Made by a program: the position numbers and the translations under genes
From: Eledone cirrhosa
Lineage: Eukaryota
DNA length: 64,000 nt
Direction: 5' to 3'
Assembly: GCA_964016885.1 (NCBI GenBank)
Contig: OZ024757.1
Location: 29,698,001-29,762,000 of the forward strand
Shown here: positions 1 to 15,620 of the stretch, piece after piece
How positions within the stretch are numbered: the first letter of the stretch is position 1
Layout of the letters: each line of letters begins with the position of its first letter
Notes under the pieces: generated by a model
What the model was told of the DNA's origin: nothing
The model's database searches: none
Seen by the model: only the letters and a program-made list of their open reading frames with translations

Positions 1-112
1 ATATATATATCCATATACACACTCATATATATATATACATACACACACTCATATATATACACATACACACACTCATATATATATATATACATACACACAC
101 CCATATATATAT

Positions 113-690
113 TGAGTACTATAAGAACATGCCAGACAACAACACGACAGTAACATAGACAACATAGAAATTAGAATAATATCTAAACATAGAAATGACC
201 CAGCAGATAGGCAAATCAGAGAGGCCAGCGAAATAGAACTTAGATGGCCAAAGCTAAACAGAAAAAATGAATGGAATAACAACAACACCCAAACAAACAA
301 TACTGACCTAAGAGAAGTATAAATAAATAAATACATACACAAGCACAATAACACCAAACACATATAAACACACACTAGTAAACTAAGAAAAGTATACAAT
401 AACCAATACACAGTCACCCAAACACGAACACACATCAAACACTATACACACACGCAAACGCATGCGCAGAGAAGACAAATAAATAAATAACAGACTAAAT
501 AAAGATGGCGTAGGCATACAATACAACAGGAGGAAACATAATAGCACCACTGACGATGTTGCAGATGTGCAACGAAAGAACTTTGTTAGACTATATATGT
601 GTTTGTGTCTATATTATATGTGTATTTTTGACCGTTGGTCAGTCAATGGTAACATTGAGGACCGAATAAATTAAATTAACTGATATAAAA
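113..690 (+). mobile_element. Penelope-like element (PLE) 3' fragment: GIY-YIG endonuclease C-terminus, 3' UTR/pLTR with hammerhead motif
   Basis: Frame 125-322 reads EHARQQHDSNIDNIEIRIISKHRNDPADRQIREASEIELRWPKLNRKNEW...*, matching the PLE endonuclease end (EH..H...R.I.EA.EI...P.LNRK.E). It is not in the ORF track. It starts at a (TA)n tract; the 3' boundary is approximate. Confidence 0.7.
550..587 (+). ncRNA. Degenerate minimal hammerhead ribozyme motif (PLE type)
   Basis: CTGACGA-t-GTTGCA-gatg-TGCAAC-GAAA-gaacttt: canonical core boxes and a 6-bp stem II; stems I and III are weak. Confidence 0.55.
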
Positions 691-784
691 AATACAGAAG
701 CGAAAACCAACCAAGCAGGGAGTGTGTTCTGTTATTAATTCTGGCAATATTATTACACAAATATGACCCTTCCCAAGTATAACA

Positions 785-828
<44 letters not shown>

Positions 829-893
829 ATGTGTGTGTGTGGGTGTAGTGTGTATGTGTATTCCATAGATACATACATACATATAAAGAGATA

Positions 894-944
<51 letters not shown>

Positions 945-962
945 ATTCCATAGATATATAAA

Positions 963-1185
963 AAGAATCGATCGACTTTCGTCAAATCGGACCGAGGGAA
1001 CAACAATGTTTTCGTCGGTCGTTGCAGTTGGTAGTACTATCTATCGGTCGCAACTCCAGGTAGAAGGAGCAACGTGAAATAAAGTGTCTTGCTCAAGGAC
1101 ATAACGCATCACCCGGTCCAGGAATCGAACTCACAGCCTCAAGATTGTGAATCCAATTCTCTAACCACTCAGCCATGCGCCTTCA
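963..1185 (-). mobile_element. tRNA-derived SINE family 2 (short form), full length
   Basis: Minus strand: gaaggcgcatggctgagtggttag (A box) ... gagttcgattcc (B box) ... tgtccttgagcaagacactttatttcacg ... gacgaaagtcgatcg, ending at TA repeats. Several near-identical copies in the window. Confidence 0.8.
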
Positions 1186-1262
1186 CACGTAGATACATAC
1201 ATATAAAGATACATACATATAAAGAGATATATATATATATAAAGAGATATATATATATATAA

Positions 1263-1318
<56 letters not shown>

Positions 1319-1754
1319 AGAAAGAGTCGGGAAGAAGAGAGAAAAGGCAGTTATACACAAGACAGGAATCGGGTGCAATCTTCGTAGTTTTGCATATAGT
1401 TTTATGTTATTGTTACATTCGCTGTCGATTTTCTTATATTACGTTCAATTCTGAAAGGATGTAATGATATCCCCGCTTGTATGAGAAAGAGAGAAGGGGG
1501 AAGGCAGAGAAGGGAAAGAGAGAAGGGAGGAAGGAGAAGGAAGGAGAGGTAGTAAAAGAGAAAGGTAATGGTCTATAATGCTTTTATAATATAAGGAAAC
1601 AACACACTTAAATTTTCCGGAAATGAACTGCCACAGCAGGTAAGCTAACAATGGGATGTGACATTTTACAAATGAGATGTATAAGTACATCTGACGAAGA
1701 CATGATTAAACACTGACAAACAGACATTATATATATATATATATATACATTAGT

Positions 1755-1953
1755 GAAGGCGTGTGGCTGAGTGGTTAGAGAATTGTGAGTTCGATTCCTG
1801 GACCAGGCGATGTGTTATGTCCTTGAGCAAGACACTTTATTTCACGTTGCTCCTTCTACCTGGAGTTGCGACCGATAGATAGTATTAGCAATTGGAAAGA
1901 CCAACGGAAACATTGTTCCCTCGGTCCGATTTGACGAAAGTCGATCGTTCCTG
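1755..1953 (+). mobile_element. SINE family 2 (short form)
   Basis: Same sequence as 963-1185 with a small head deletion; 3' end abuts (TA)n. Confidence 0.8.
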
Positions 1954-2088
1954 TAAATATATATATATATATATGCATGTATTATGGAAGTGTTTATGCA
2001 TATGTATGAGTATATATATATATAAATGCATATGTGTATGCATATCTATGTATATACATATATATATACGCATGTATATATGTATATC

Positions 2089-2121
<33 letters not shown>

Positions 2122-2122
2122 T

Positions 2123-2155
<33 letters not shown>

Positions 2156-2499
2156 TTATGTACATGTATGTATGGATAGATAGATAGATAGATAGATGTT
2201 AATGATAGGGCTGTTAAAATCATAAATAGCAAGAAACATTTACTGGTGAAAGGACTCAATACATGTTGTAGAGTTAAGTTTATGATATGTTTTGTCTTGA
2301 CTAGGATTATGAGTTTCATTTTTCGCAACTGGTTCAACCAGCTTGAATGAAGCTATAGATGAAGAAACCCCACCAAGATGCTTTGCTCAAAGAGCTTGCA
2401 CCCGTAACGACAAGGATGCGAATCGAACGTTTTAACCACCCATAATATCTACTCTACCTTCAATTATTTCTTCCATATATTATTTACTTCAAATTGCGA

Positions 2500-3170
2500 T
2501 AAGTTTAGCTTTGTCTTCCTCCCTTACGGGGTCGATAAAATAAAGTACCAGCAATGCACTGGGGTAGATTCAATCGACTTTCCCCTCTCAAAAAACTATT
2601 TGCCTTGTGCCTAAATCAAAAAATATTATTATTATTATCAAAGGTGGGGGATTGGCAGTATTGTTAGAGAGTCAGACGCCGTGCTTTGTAGCAAAGAGTT
2701 ACGGCCCTTTATGGTCTGAGTTCAAATCCAGCCACGGTTAACTTTGCCTTTCATTCTTACGGGGTCGATAAAATAAAGTACCAGTAATACACTGGGATAA
2801 TTGCTGGCCTTGTGCCAAATGTAGAAACAATTATTATTATCATCAAATAACATTCTGAGTACAAATTCCGCAGAGGTTAGCCTTGTCTTTCATCATTGTG
2901 TGATTGATAAAATAAAGTACCAGTCATGCACTGGTGTCGATTTAATCGACTTTCCCCTCCCGCCAAATTGCTGGCCTTGTGCCTATATAAGAAACCATTT
3001 TTATTATTTAATAACATTCTGAGTTCAAATCCCGCCGAGGTTAGCTTTGCCTTTCACTATTGCGGGGTCGATAAAAGAAAGTACCAGTCACGAACTGGGG
3101 TCGATTTAATCGACTTTTCCCCATCCCTCAAAATTGCTGGCCTTTTGCCTATATAAGAAACCATTATTAT
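2500..3170 (+). mobile_element. Four head-to-tail copies/fragments of SINE family 1
   Basis: Repeated gagttcaaatcc(cgcc)gaggt.aactttgcctttcatc...ggggtcgataaaataaagtaccagt...ttgctggccttgtgcc...attattatt units at about 2500, 2643, 2855 and 3015. Confidence 0.85.
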
Positions 3171-3559
3171 CCTTAGATTTCTCTTGCTTGAACTTGAAAT
3201 TACAATTTCATTCTGCAGTTTTTTCCGCTATTAAAGTTATTTAGCTTAAATTATCTTGATTCATCTTTTAGTGCAGTTTCTCCTGTCAATTTATGTATTT
3301 TCACTGTCGAAACATATATGACGACTGTTTATGTCGCTAGAAAATGCTACGTTGTATTGTTATCAACATTTTTTAATTTCATTAATCTCAATAAATAAAA
3401 GTATAGCCTCATAACTTTGAAACTTCAATTATTAACTTGTCAAAACCTTGTTTAAATTATAATTTATTTTCTTGTGGCTCAACAACAACACTGATTACTT
3501 TTGGGAAGTATTACTAAACTGTCAAATAAAATACTTTGCTGTATTTGTGTCGGCTTTCT

Positions 3560-3862
3560 ACGTTCAGATTTCAAATCCCGCCGATGTCAACTTTGCCATT
3601 CATCTATAAAATAAAGCACCAGTAATGCACTGGGGTCGATTTAATCGACTTTCCTCCCACCCCTTCAAATTGCTGGCCTTGTGCCTAAAGAAGAAACAAT
3701 TATTATGGGAAGATGGATTGGCAGAGCCGTTGGAGTGTTGGGGTGCATTCTTTGCCGCATATAGGCACAGCCCTTTACGTTCTGAGAACAAGTCCCACCT
3801 TGGTTAGCTTTGCCTTTCACCCTTATTGCTGGCCCTGTGCTAAATGTAGAAAACAATTATTA
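3560..3862 (+). mobile_element. Two SINE family 1 copies
   Basis: B-box-like ttcaaatcccgcc, gtcgatttaatcgac hairpin, tail ttgctggccttgtgcctaaa; the second copy is internally deleted. Confidence 0.8.
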
Positions 3863-3977
3863 TAAGCCAAAGATGCAAATTATTTATCATCGCCTGAACA
3901 GCGAAAATTAGTAGACCAAACTCTCGAATCGCACTGTATTATGCTAAAAGTGAAAAGTCGCGGAATAAATGCTTTAA

Positions 3978-4211
3978 CCCTTTATCATTTACATTACTCT
4001 ATATTTACTATTATATTTACTATTGTATTTTCACAATAAAGGCTTTACCTCACATAATTATCTCACATAATATCGAATCTATGAGATTTTGATATTTTTT
4101 TTATTTTGAGAACAATACCTTAACATCAGTATGAGTGGTTTGAACAGCTGGTTTGAACAGAAAGAGGTGAGAGAATTCTGGTTGGATATGGCCGGTTTGA
4201 ATGCTAAAGGG
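3978..4211. mobile_element. piggyBac-like MITE (TTAA target)
   Basis: TTAA|CCCTTTATCATT ... AATGCTAAAGGG|TTAA terminal inverted repeats with TTAA duplications at 3974-3977 and 4212-4215; partial copy at about 30305-30424. Confidence 0.7.
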
Positions 4212-4349
4212 TTAAAACATTAAAACATTAGTCTGCTCATTTACAGCATTGCTATCCAGAGATGTTTCATTATCTCTCTCTCCAGTATACTCAGCTGGAT
4301 ATGAGTATCAGCAATGGCTGGGTGAGGGGGGAGGTTAACTCTGCGATAA

Positions 4350-4360
4350 ATACGCACACA

Positions 4361-4407
<47 letters not shown>

Positions 4408-4496
4408 CCATATAGATACATACATATATACACACATACATACATAAACACAAACACGCATTGCATATATATATATATATATACATACATACATAA

Positions 4497-4530
<34 letters not shown>

Positions 4531-4586
4531 ATAAACACATACATATATATACATAAACACATACATATATATATATATATATACAT

Positions 4587-4625
<39 letters not shown>

Positions 4626-4630
4626 CATAA

Positions 4631-4673
<43 letters not shown>

Positions 4674-4815
4674 CATAAACACATACATATATATATACAT
4701 ACACGCACACATATATATATATACATAAACACACACGCATGTATACACATGCGTATATAAACACACACACATATACATACATAACCACACACACACATAT
4801 ATATAGAGAGAGATA
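4350..4815. repeat. (TA)n/(CA)n compound microsatellite
   Basis: Seen directly in sequence. Confidence 0.95.
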
Positions 4816-4876
4816 CATATTCATCGGAAACTTACAATCTATTCTTACTAATGTCAACCCAGTTTTAATTCCTTCT

Positions 4877-4908
<32 letters not shown>

Positions 4909-5694
4909 ACTCTCATCATATTTGACCTCTGTACTGTTTCTTTTGGGTGTTGTGAAGTTGAGTTAATTGTATTTTCTTGTTTGACATCTACATAATAAAT
5001 AAATTATATACACAACAACAACAACGATAGTAATATTAATCATAATGATAATAATCACAATACTAAGAGGAAAAGTTTGATGTGTTTCTGAAAACAAAAA
5101 AAAATGATAATAATAATAAATAAAAAGCTATAAATCAAAATCAGGAAAGAAACAATAACAACTATAGTAATGAAAATAATGTTTCTTGTAAGAAATCGTA
5201 TCAACACTACTTCAACTAGAGACGAGCCTGGCGGGCGTGAGGAGATATCGACATCTATTTTATTCTGAGAAATTATGAAAAAAAAAAAAACACATTTCAA
5301 CATGACGGAATTAAATGTATTTTTCCTTGAAGTGCTCATTTTTGTTTCTATGGTTGTTGTCGTCATTTGTGTTGCTGTTGTTGTTATTATTGATGTTGAT
5401 AATGTTTTTCTTGTCGTATTCAGTCTGTTGTGTCATGAAATTATATAGTTTATGTCTATTATTATGAAACGAACGAAAGTTAGATAAATTTCTCTCCTCT
5501 ATTTAAAAATGATATGTGTATATAATATATATATGCGTTTGTGTGTTTGTATACAGACGTTGCGACAAGCAGTAAATATCAAGAAGGAAAATACAATGGA
5601 ATCATACTTCCTATTGAGACTAAGCCTCTTTTCCTTTTACATATTTCCGGTTCCGGCAGCTACACCACCACAGTCCCCCGCTTTACAATGCATT

Positions 5695-5842
5695 GATTGG
5701 CAGAATCAGTAGAGTTACGCCCCAAGCCCAAATCCCGTGAGGTTAACTTGGCCTTTCATCCTCACGGGGACAATAAAATAAAGTACCAGTAATGCACTGT
5801 GGTAATGGCTGGTCTTGTGACCAAAGTAGAAACAATTATAAT
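5695..5842 (+). mobile_element. SINE family 1, internally deleted copy
   Basis: attggcagaatcagtagag head, aaataaagtaccagtaatgcactg, tail gtagaaacaattat. Confidence 0.7.
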
Positions 5843-5884
5843 TCAGTCAGATTGGCAGTCGTTTGGCTGGTTGTTTTTACTAAA

Positions 5885-6245
5885 TACATTTTAAATTATT
5901 TCCCCAAATATTCGATCGTGTTTGTGCGTCTTTCATGCACTGGCTCACAGAACTGTAAGCTTCGCAGGGAGCAGCACTTGATATTCTATCTTCAAACTTT
6001 CAAACACCAAGGTTTCAATTTACAACCTCTCTTCATCTAGGCATTCAGTCCATCCCTCAGCAACTACGTCTCCCAACAAATCAAAGATCCACTCTTACTC
6101 ACACTACAAAACCTCACTCTTATCTGATCATCCTGTGATAAACAGGCGAAACTCCAGAGTAACATTATTTACCCTTAATAAAATGGATATTAAAACCTTA
6201 CATCGCTATTGAGTTCTCATTTCTATCAGCCATCAACCACATACG
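5885..6245 (+). mobile_element. Penelope-like element 3' fragment: GIY-YIG end, UTR with hammerhead, ends at (TA)n
   Basis: ORF end CTGSQNCKLRREQHLIFYLQTFKHQGFNLQPLFI* fits the PLE endonuclease terminus (RK.REQ.LIF.L.T..P.G.N). HHR motif at 6124-6161; terminates against (TA)n at about 6246. Confidence 0.7.
6124..6161 (+). ncRNA. Minimal hammerhead ribozyme motif (core variant CTGATCA)
   Basis: CTGATCA-t-CCTGT-gataa-ACAGG-c-GAAA-CTC-ca-GAG-TA: stems II and III and a GUA cleavage triplet; the G8C substitution is probably inactivating. Confidence 0.55.
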
Positions 6246-6270
6246 TATATATATATATATATATATATAT

Positions 6271-6342
6271 AGTAATAATAAATGTGAAGACTAAATTCCG
6301 ACGAGGGCTATCTATATAAACCTGTAGAGCAAATATTTATTT
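6271..6342 (-). mobile_element. Isolated PLE-type 3' terminus inserted in (TA)n; homologous to the tail of the 24250-24487 element
   Basis: Reverse complement aataaatatttgctctacagg...agccctc...tttagtcttcacatttattattact matches 24392-24487; TA tracts on both sides. Confidence 0.7.
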
Positions 6343-6436
6343 TATATATATATATTTCCTGGGACCTGGTAATGCAGTGGCAGATCGAGTAATATGATTA
6401 TATTTACTGTGCAAATCAAACAGACTATATACACAT

Positions 6437-6473
<37 letters not shown>

Positions 6474-6569
6474 ATATATATAGTTTGTTGTCCTATTCGC
6501 CAGATTGAAACCCCACATTCCATTTAGCCTGCCGTTGTCATGCCCCAGCGATTTTGTTCCAAATATATG

Positions 6570-6700
6570 AAAGGAAAACCCCGAGGAAGATGGTTGGACA
6601 ACATGCATGGAAGGAGTGTTTAAGGACTCTTCCCGTACGACCCTCTCAGGAATATGTGGGACGACGACGAGGACGACGACGACAACAACAACGACGAAAG
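6570..6700 (+). mobile_element. RTE LINE 3' end fragment
   Basis: agatggttggacaacat (RWLDN) ... WKECLRTLPVRPSQE followed by a (GAC/CAA) tail; homologous to 26730-26930 and 63665-63830. Confidence 0.55.
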
Positions 6701-7309
6701 AAAGAAAAAAGAAGACTACTAAAAGGAAATTTCTTCTTACACTGCTTCTTCAAATAATTTATTAATTTACCTACATTTCCTCAATTCACCACCACCATCA
6801 CCATCATCACGTCACTTCCCCTCAACCACCACCATCATCACGTCACTTCCCCTCAACCACCACCACCATCACTTCCCCTCAATCATCACCATGTCACTTC
6901 ACCACCACCAACAAAACCACCACGTCACCTCAATCACTTCAGTTTATTTTAGTTTATTATGAATAAAACCTAATGTATTTTTACGTTCCGATTGTACTGT
7001 TTATCATTTTGTATCTTTAATTTTATTCTAATTAAATAATTTCATTGTCTATGCATTAGTTGTAAAGTAAATTTAGTTTATGAATAAAATTCTAGACTAA
7101 ATACATTAAAAGCCAAAAGAATATAAAAGCTAAAAGAAAAAGAAATGAGTATGGTGCATCAGAAGAAAAATTGGATTATACAAATAGCCACCATTTTCTG
7201 TCACGTGGTTTTTCTTGTTGCTTCTTGTAGGAGAAATATGTGCGCGCGTGTGTGTGTCTTTGTGTGCATGCCTTTGACTATGTACTTATGTATTTTTGAG
7301 TGTGTGTAA

Positions 7310-8553
<1,244 letters not shown>

Positions 8554-8615
8554 TATATAAGAATACATTGGGAAAATATTTCAATGCGCTTAGGTTGACA
8601 CTTTTATTTGTATCT

Positions 8616-8674
<59 letters not shown>

Positions 8675-9728
8675 ATATGTATGTGTGTATATGTTTATAC
8701 ATGTGTATATATGTGTATATATGAGTGTATTATTTTGTATATAACTACTTTAGCTTTTAGGCATTTCGTTCTCAAAAGGATTGGCATTCGTTGGACTTCT
8801 TCAATGGAAGAAACTAGGAGACATATATTATTCAACCTGTCAAATCAATCACACAGATTTCTGTTGTTAATCTTATATTTATCGTATACGCATATTATTT
8901 TATAGTCTATTGTACATATTTTTAATTATGTCGATAATATAGTGTTATGTCAATACTATATCAAGTATCGCTATCATCTATGATTGCCAATAGAAATATC
9001 CTGTTTAGCTTGGACAGATAAAATAGTGCCGTACTTCAAAATGGTTGATATCCCATTCATCAAATCCGAGTAAGGAAAATGTTTGTTTTGAAAGTCTGTT
9101 ATTGAGAGTTTTCTAAACATTCGTTCAAATTCATTGTATGTTTATTTAACGGATCAATTGTACGGTGAACATTTCTGTGTTTATTATCAGGTTTGTTGGA
9201 AGGTTTACAAAATATGTGTGTTTGTATGTGTGTGTCTGTATGCTTGTATATGTGAGTTTGTGCATGGGTTTGTCTATGTATGTTTGTTTATGTGTTTATC
9301 TACGTGGGTTTGTGTGTGTATATACATATATTTATGTTTATGTGCGTGTGTTTGTTGCGATGTGAGGAATTTGATGTGTGTGTGTGTGTGTGTGTTGTTA
9401 GACATTAAAATGGCGGATGTCTGATTTAATGTTTGCGTAAGGAGAAATCAATGATGACTTTGCAAGTTAACTGCGAGAATAGAGAAGGTATTATCGTGAA
9501 AACCGGGAAACATTATCATGTTAAATAGTTCAAAGGAACCGAGAAGCAATACCAGAATCAACAATTTAAAATGTTAATCGTTGCAATACTGAAAAGGATA
9601 GAAAGAGAATACTTATCAGCACAGTCGGAGTAGTTTATTGTAACAAATTAAAGAAAGAAAGTTCGTGAAATGTTATAGGAAATTTTAATATTACAATATC
9701 TTACATAAATTCCAACAACCTTTGCATG

Positions 9729-11086
<1,358 letters not shown>

Positions 11087-11844
11087 AAATGACAGCTATT
11101 CAATTCAGATCACCATTAAAAACAAAAATTGCAATATTGCCAATAATTTCTAGCGATATCGTGGTGATTTATCCCAAGAGAGAAAATCTCTTTAGACAAT
11201 CTTGAAAAGTCATAAAGTTAATGAAAATCACGATTAATAACATCTCGATGCTACCATGATAGCTTTATCACTTGTTTCGCTTGTATGTTGGTTATAATAA
11301 TAATAAATATCTCTTACCACTGACCTTATATTCTACCTATAAATGTATCGCTTATAATTGCAAACGCTGGACTCATATGTCTTCATATATTGACATATAA
11401 TTTCAACTGAAATTATTACTATCTATCACCAGTAGCTTTTATCGTAGATTAACATAGATTTATTGATAAGAAAAATCATTAAATTATTGTTTAAGAAAGG
11501 TGATGACTAACAAGTGTATCTAAAAACATTGTATTGTGATCGTGACCTCTATATAGATGATTGTCTTAACAGAGATAAAAACCCAATAGAGGATTGCCAC
11601 ATATGCTGGTTAAACCTTAATGATTATAACGATCTTTATTAATATTTGAACTGTGAAATTATATTGATTATAATAATTATTTATTATTTAAATTGAGAAA
11701 TTATATTGATTATAGCTATTATCATTATTAATTCAACTGTGAATGTATATTGATTATAATTATTATTATTTAGACTGTGAAATCTTTTTACGCAGCATGA
11801 AACATATCTACTTCATATCTTTTCATAGACAAAGGAAGGCTGAG

Positions 11845-13075
11845 AATTGGCATAGCCGTTAAGGCCTTGAAGTAAAAATGCCTCGATATTTATTCCGCCT
11901 CAGTACGCTCTGAATTCAAATCCTACCGAGGTCAGTATTACTTTTCAAGGTCGATAAATAAAGTATGTTGGGATCAAGTTTTTCCTCAATCTCTCTTTCT
12001 CTGGAAGAAATCATGTGTATCCCAATCTGGAGAGGGATGGGTTACGCCAGGTTTAAATTGACCAAGACACATCGTGTGTAAGAACGGCGCCCCATCAAAA
12101 CCACCAGGAAGTAAATGCTTGATATGGAATCAGTATAGGCAGTATTTGTCGGATAATGTAAGTACAGACGGTTGATTTTAGCATAGAAAGTATAAAAACA
12201 AGGCAGCGAATGGGCAGAAAAAATGTCGGACAGAATGCTTTATGGTATTCGTTCCAGCTATCTGCTCCCTGAATTCAAATCCTTGAGGTCAACTTTGCCT
12301 TTTATCCTTTCAAGGTCAATAAAAAAGGTACCAGTCTAGTACCCGGGTCGATTCTTCCTCTCTCGGGAAGAAATCTGCTGTGCTCAGGCCTGGAGAGGGA
12401 TGGGCTCAACCAGCCTTAAAATACCTCTACGATTCATCAGGAATGCCCTGATGGTTTCATACGAATGAAACAGTTTTAATCCTGTAGACGTCATTTCTAT
12501 ATATAATAAAGGTGCCTATACTCTACCAATGTATTGAGTGCCTTTTTTAACAGAGGTTACCCTCGACACAACACAGGAACCAACATTATATATATATTCA
12601 AGTTCAAATCCCTCCGAGGTTCACTTTGCCTTTCATCCTTACGGGGTCGATAAAATAAAGTACCAGTAATGCACTGGTTAATTGCTGGCCTTGTGCCTAA
12701 AGTAGAAACAATTATATATATATATATATATGCCACCGAAAAAACGAAAATAGATGTTACTTATATATCGACCATGGTAGACGTCGAATTGGCAGAATCG
12801 TTAGAACGTCGGATAGAATACTTTGTGGTATCTGTTCGGGCTCTTTGCTCTCTGAGTTCAAATCCCGCCGAGGTCAACTTTGCCTTTCACCCTTTCGAGG
12901 TCGAAAAAAAAGTACCAGTCTAGTACTGTGGTCGATTCTTCCTCTATATCTCTTTCTCTGGAAGAAATCTACTGTACTCAGGCCTGGGGAGGGATAGGCT
13001 CCGCCAGGCTTTAAATGCCCAGGAAATATCAATACGGCGCCCCTACGACCTCATCAGGCGTTTCGTGACCATATC
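11845..13075. mobile_element. Three SINE1(+)/RTE-3'-end(-) composites plus an extra SINE1 and a PLE tail
   Basis: SINE1 at about 11845, 12200, 12598 and 12785. Three of them run directly into a minus-strand segment tctct(ct)ggaagaaatc...ggagagggatggg...ccagg.ttaaa (about 11988, 12352, 12945). The last copy reads KRLMRS*GRRIDISWA, similar to the RTE end at 59948-60145. Confidence 0.6.
12448..12587 (+). mobile_element. PLE-type terminal fragment with hammerhead motif, ending at TA repeats
   Basis: CTGATGG-tTTC-atac-GAAt-GAAA-CAG-ttttaatc-CTG-TA (12448-12486); tail tactctaccaatgtattgagtgc resembles the other PLE tails. Confidence 0.55.
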
Positions 13076-13149
13076 ATACCATTGAGTACATTACACTTAT
13101 ACTTGTTTATCAATATTTTATAATCAACATTTTCATTCTGTTTCCCTCG

Positions 13150-13570
13150 TCATCAGTATCACCGCTACCATCATCATAATCATCGTCATTATCATCGTCA
13201 TTATCACCACCCTATCGCCATCACTGTCACCACCAACATCATGATTATTATCATCTCCCCCACCGCTATCATTACTTTTTTGATTGCCACCACCATCATC
13301 TTCATCAACACCCCTACCAGCCTCACCAAGTTTATCAACATCCACTCCATCCAGGACTACTACCAATATTAACGTCTCAATCTCACTACCACCATCACCA
13401 CCACTACTACCCTGATCATCATCATCCTCCCAACCACACACCCATCATCATGAACTACCAAGTTTATCAACAACAACCTCACAATCACCATTATCAACCT
13501 CACAATCTCATTTCCACCACCGCCATTACTATCACGATCATCATCATCGTAATCATCATTATTACTCTAT
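13150..13570. repeat. (CAT/CAC)n low-complexity region
   Basis: Degenerate trinucleotide repeats. Confidence 0.8.
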
Positions 13571-13770
13571 ATTCTCTAGCATATGTAAGTGACTTAAGAA
13601 GATTATAATAATCGACCGCGGGATAGATTTCATGCAAATAGATATATTGAAAATATTCATCGATTTTAATTGGATCAAATGAAGATTGTAGCGTTCCACT
13701 GTACAATTAACGTCTAATTAAACCAGTGATCTGAATCAACGAGTTACTATGAAGGCCAAGTATGAGTCGG

Positions 13771-14345
13771 CGTTTGTGGGGGGATATATAGGGAGAAGGA
13801 TATATGTTATGTGTCGGTGGTTTGTGGGGGGATACATAGGGAGAAGGATATATGTTATGTGTCGGTGGTTTGTGAGGGGATATATGTTATGTGCCGGTAG
13901 TTTGTGGGGGGATATATAGGAAAGAGGAAATATGTTATGTGTCGGTGGTTTGTGGGGGGGATATATAGGAAAGAGGATATATGTTATGTGTCGGTGGTTT
14001 GTGGGGGGATATATAGGAAAGAGGATATATGTTATGTGTCGGTGGTTTGTGGGGGGGGGGGTATATATAGGAAAGAGGATATATGTTATGTGTCGGTGGT
14101 TTGTGGGGGGGGGTATATATAGGAAAGAGGATATATGTTATGTGTCGGTGGTTTGTGGGGGGGGGATATATAGGAAAGAGGATATATGTTATGTGTCGGT
14201 GGTTTGTGGGGGTATATATAGGAAAGAGGATATATGTTATGTGTCGGTGGTTTGTGGGGGGATATATAGGAAAGAGGATATATGTTATGTGTCGGTGGTT
14301 TGTGGGGGATATATAGGAAGGAGGATATATATTATGTGTCGGTGG
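13771..14345. repeat. G-rich minisatellite, ~48-52 bp unit, ~12 copies
   Basis: Unit gtgtcggtggtttgt(G)n.atatataggaaagaggatatatgttat with variable G-run length. Confidence 0.95.
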
Positions 14346-15391
14346 AGGGATATATAGGTAGGAGGATGTCAGTGGTTTGTTGGGGGGGGGTGTATATATG
14401 GAAAATGTATGAAGGTCATTTCATCGTTTTAAATTGCATTTTTATTTCGATGCAACTTTTCTGACAGCCTTTGAAGCTTTGAAGCTATATGGAAACACAG
14501 AAATTTGCATATGTATATACATGTCCATATACATGTATATATGTATATGTGTGTGTGTGTGTATTTATGTGTGTGTGTATGTGTACGTGTGTGTATGTAT
14601 GTGTACGTGTGCTCGCGTATTCATTATTCGTAGCCAGTTAGGAGGTAAGGTTGTGGTACAGCATTAAACAGTTGGAACAGAAGATAAAGAAATGAAGAAT
14701 GAATCGGATGTGACGAGAAAAAGGCTCTAGCTTTCACCGCCTGTTGCCTTGTGGCTTCCAGCCAAACCGAACGACCTCTGACCTGTGTATAGTTAACGTT
14801 AACACTCCAGTGTTAAACTGTAATATATCTTAGTATAAACGTTGGTCCATTTAAGTATGTCCACACAAGTTATTTTAGCTTTCATTCTAACAGGTTTGTG
14901 TTCAAACTAACATTATATAGCCTGTACTGAAGATAACTTGAGGTAGGTGTGAGAGAGGGGGGGGTGAGAGAGAGAGAGGGAGAGAGGGGGAGAGGGAGAT
15001 AGGGGGGAGATAGAGAGGGATAGGGAGAGGGAGAGGGAGAGAGGGAGAGGGAGAGAGAGAGAGTGTGTGTGTGTGTGTGTGTTGGATTTCAATCGTTTAT
15101 CCAGTGAGACAGCCTGCTTCTGAAATAAACGTGTGGGTTTGAGTGCCTTTGCATGTGCGTGGTGTCTGTCTGTTTGTATGTATGTGTGTCTGTTTGTCTC
15201 TCAGTGCGTATGGCTGTGCGTGTGTGGCTGTGTGTGTGGCTGTGTGTGTCTGTGTGTGCGTGTGTGTGCCTGTGCGTATGCGTTGTATTCCATCATTTAT
15301 CCGGCGGAATATCCTACTTGTGAAATTAACGTGAAAATGGTTAAGCATTCTACAAAATCTTATATATCCATAATCGATAATTTAAGTCCCA

Positions 15392-15620
15392 GGGAGCATG
15401 GCGTCCGACCCTCTAATAATGAGTTCTAGTGTAGGCACAAGGGGGGAGTGGAAAGTCGATTAAATCAAACCAGTGCATTACTGGTACTTTATTTTATCGA
15501 CTCCGTAAAGATGAAAGGCAGCAAAGTTAACCTCGGTGGGATTTGAACTCAGACCATAAAGGGCCGTAACTCTTTGCTGCAAAGCATGGCGTCCGACCCT
15601 CTACCGATACTGCCATTCCA
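15392..15620 (-). mobile_element. SINE family 1
   Basis: Reverse-complement SINE1 (ggcacaagg...actggtactttattttatcgac...gatttgaactcag...ccgatactgcca). Confidence 0.8.

Noticed and set aside
1120-1185. tRNA gene
   Set aside because: A/B boxes continue into a repeated SINE body; no complete cloverleaf or terminator, so it is a SINE head.
13040-13070. Minus-strand GAAAC...CTGATGAG as a hammerhead
   Set aside because: No stem II or properly ordered core; better explained as RTE coding end (K-R-L-M-R).
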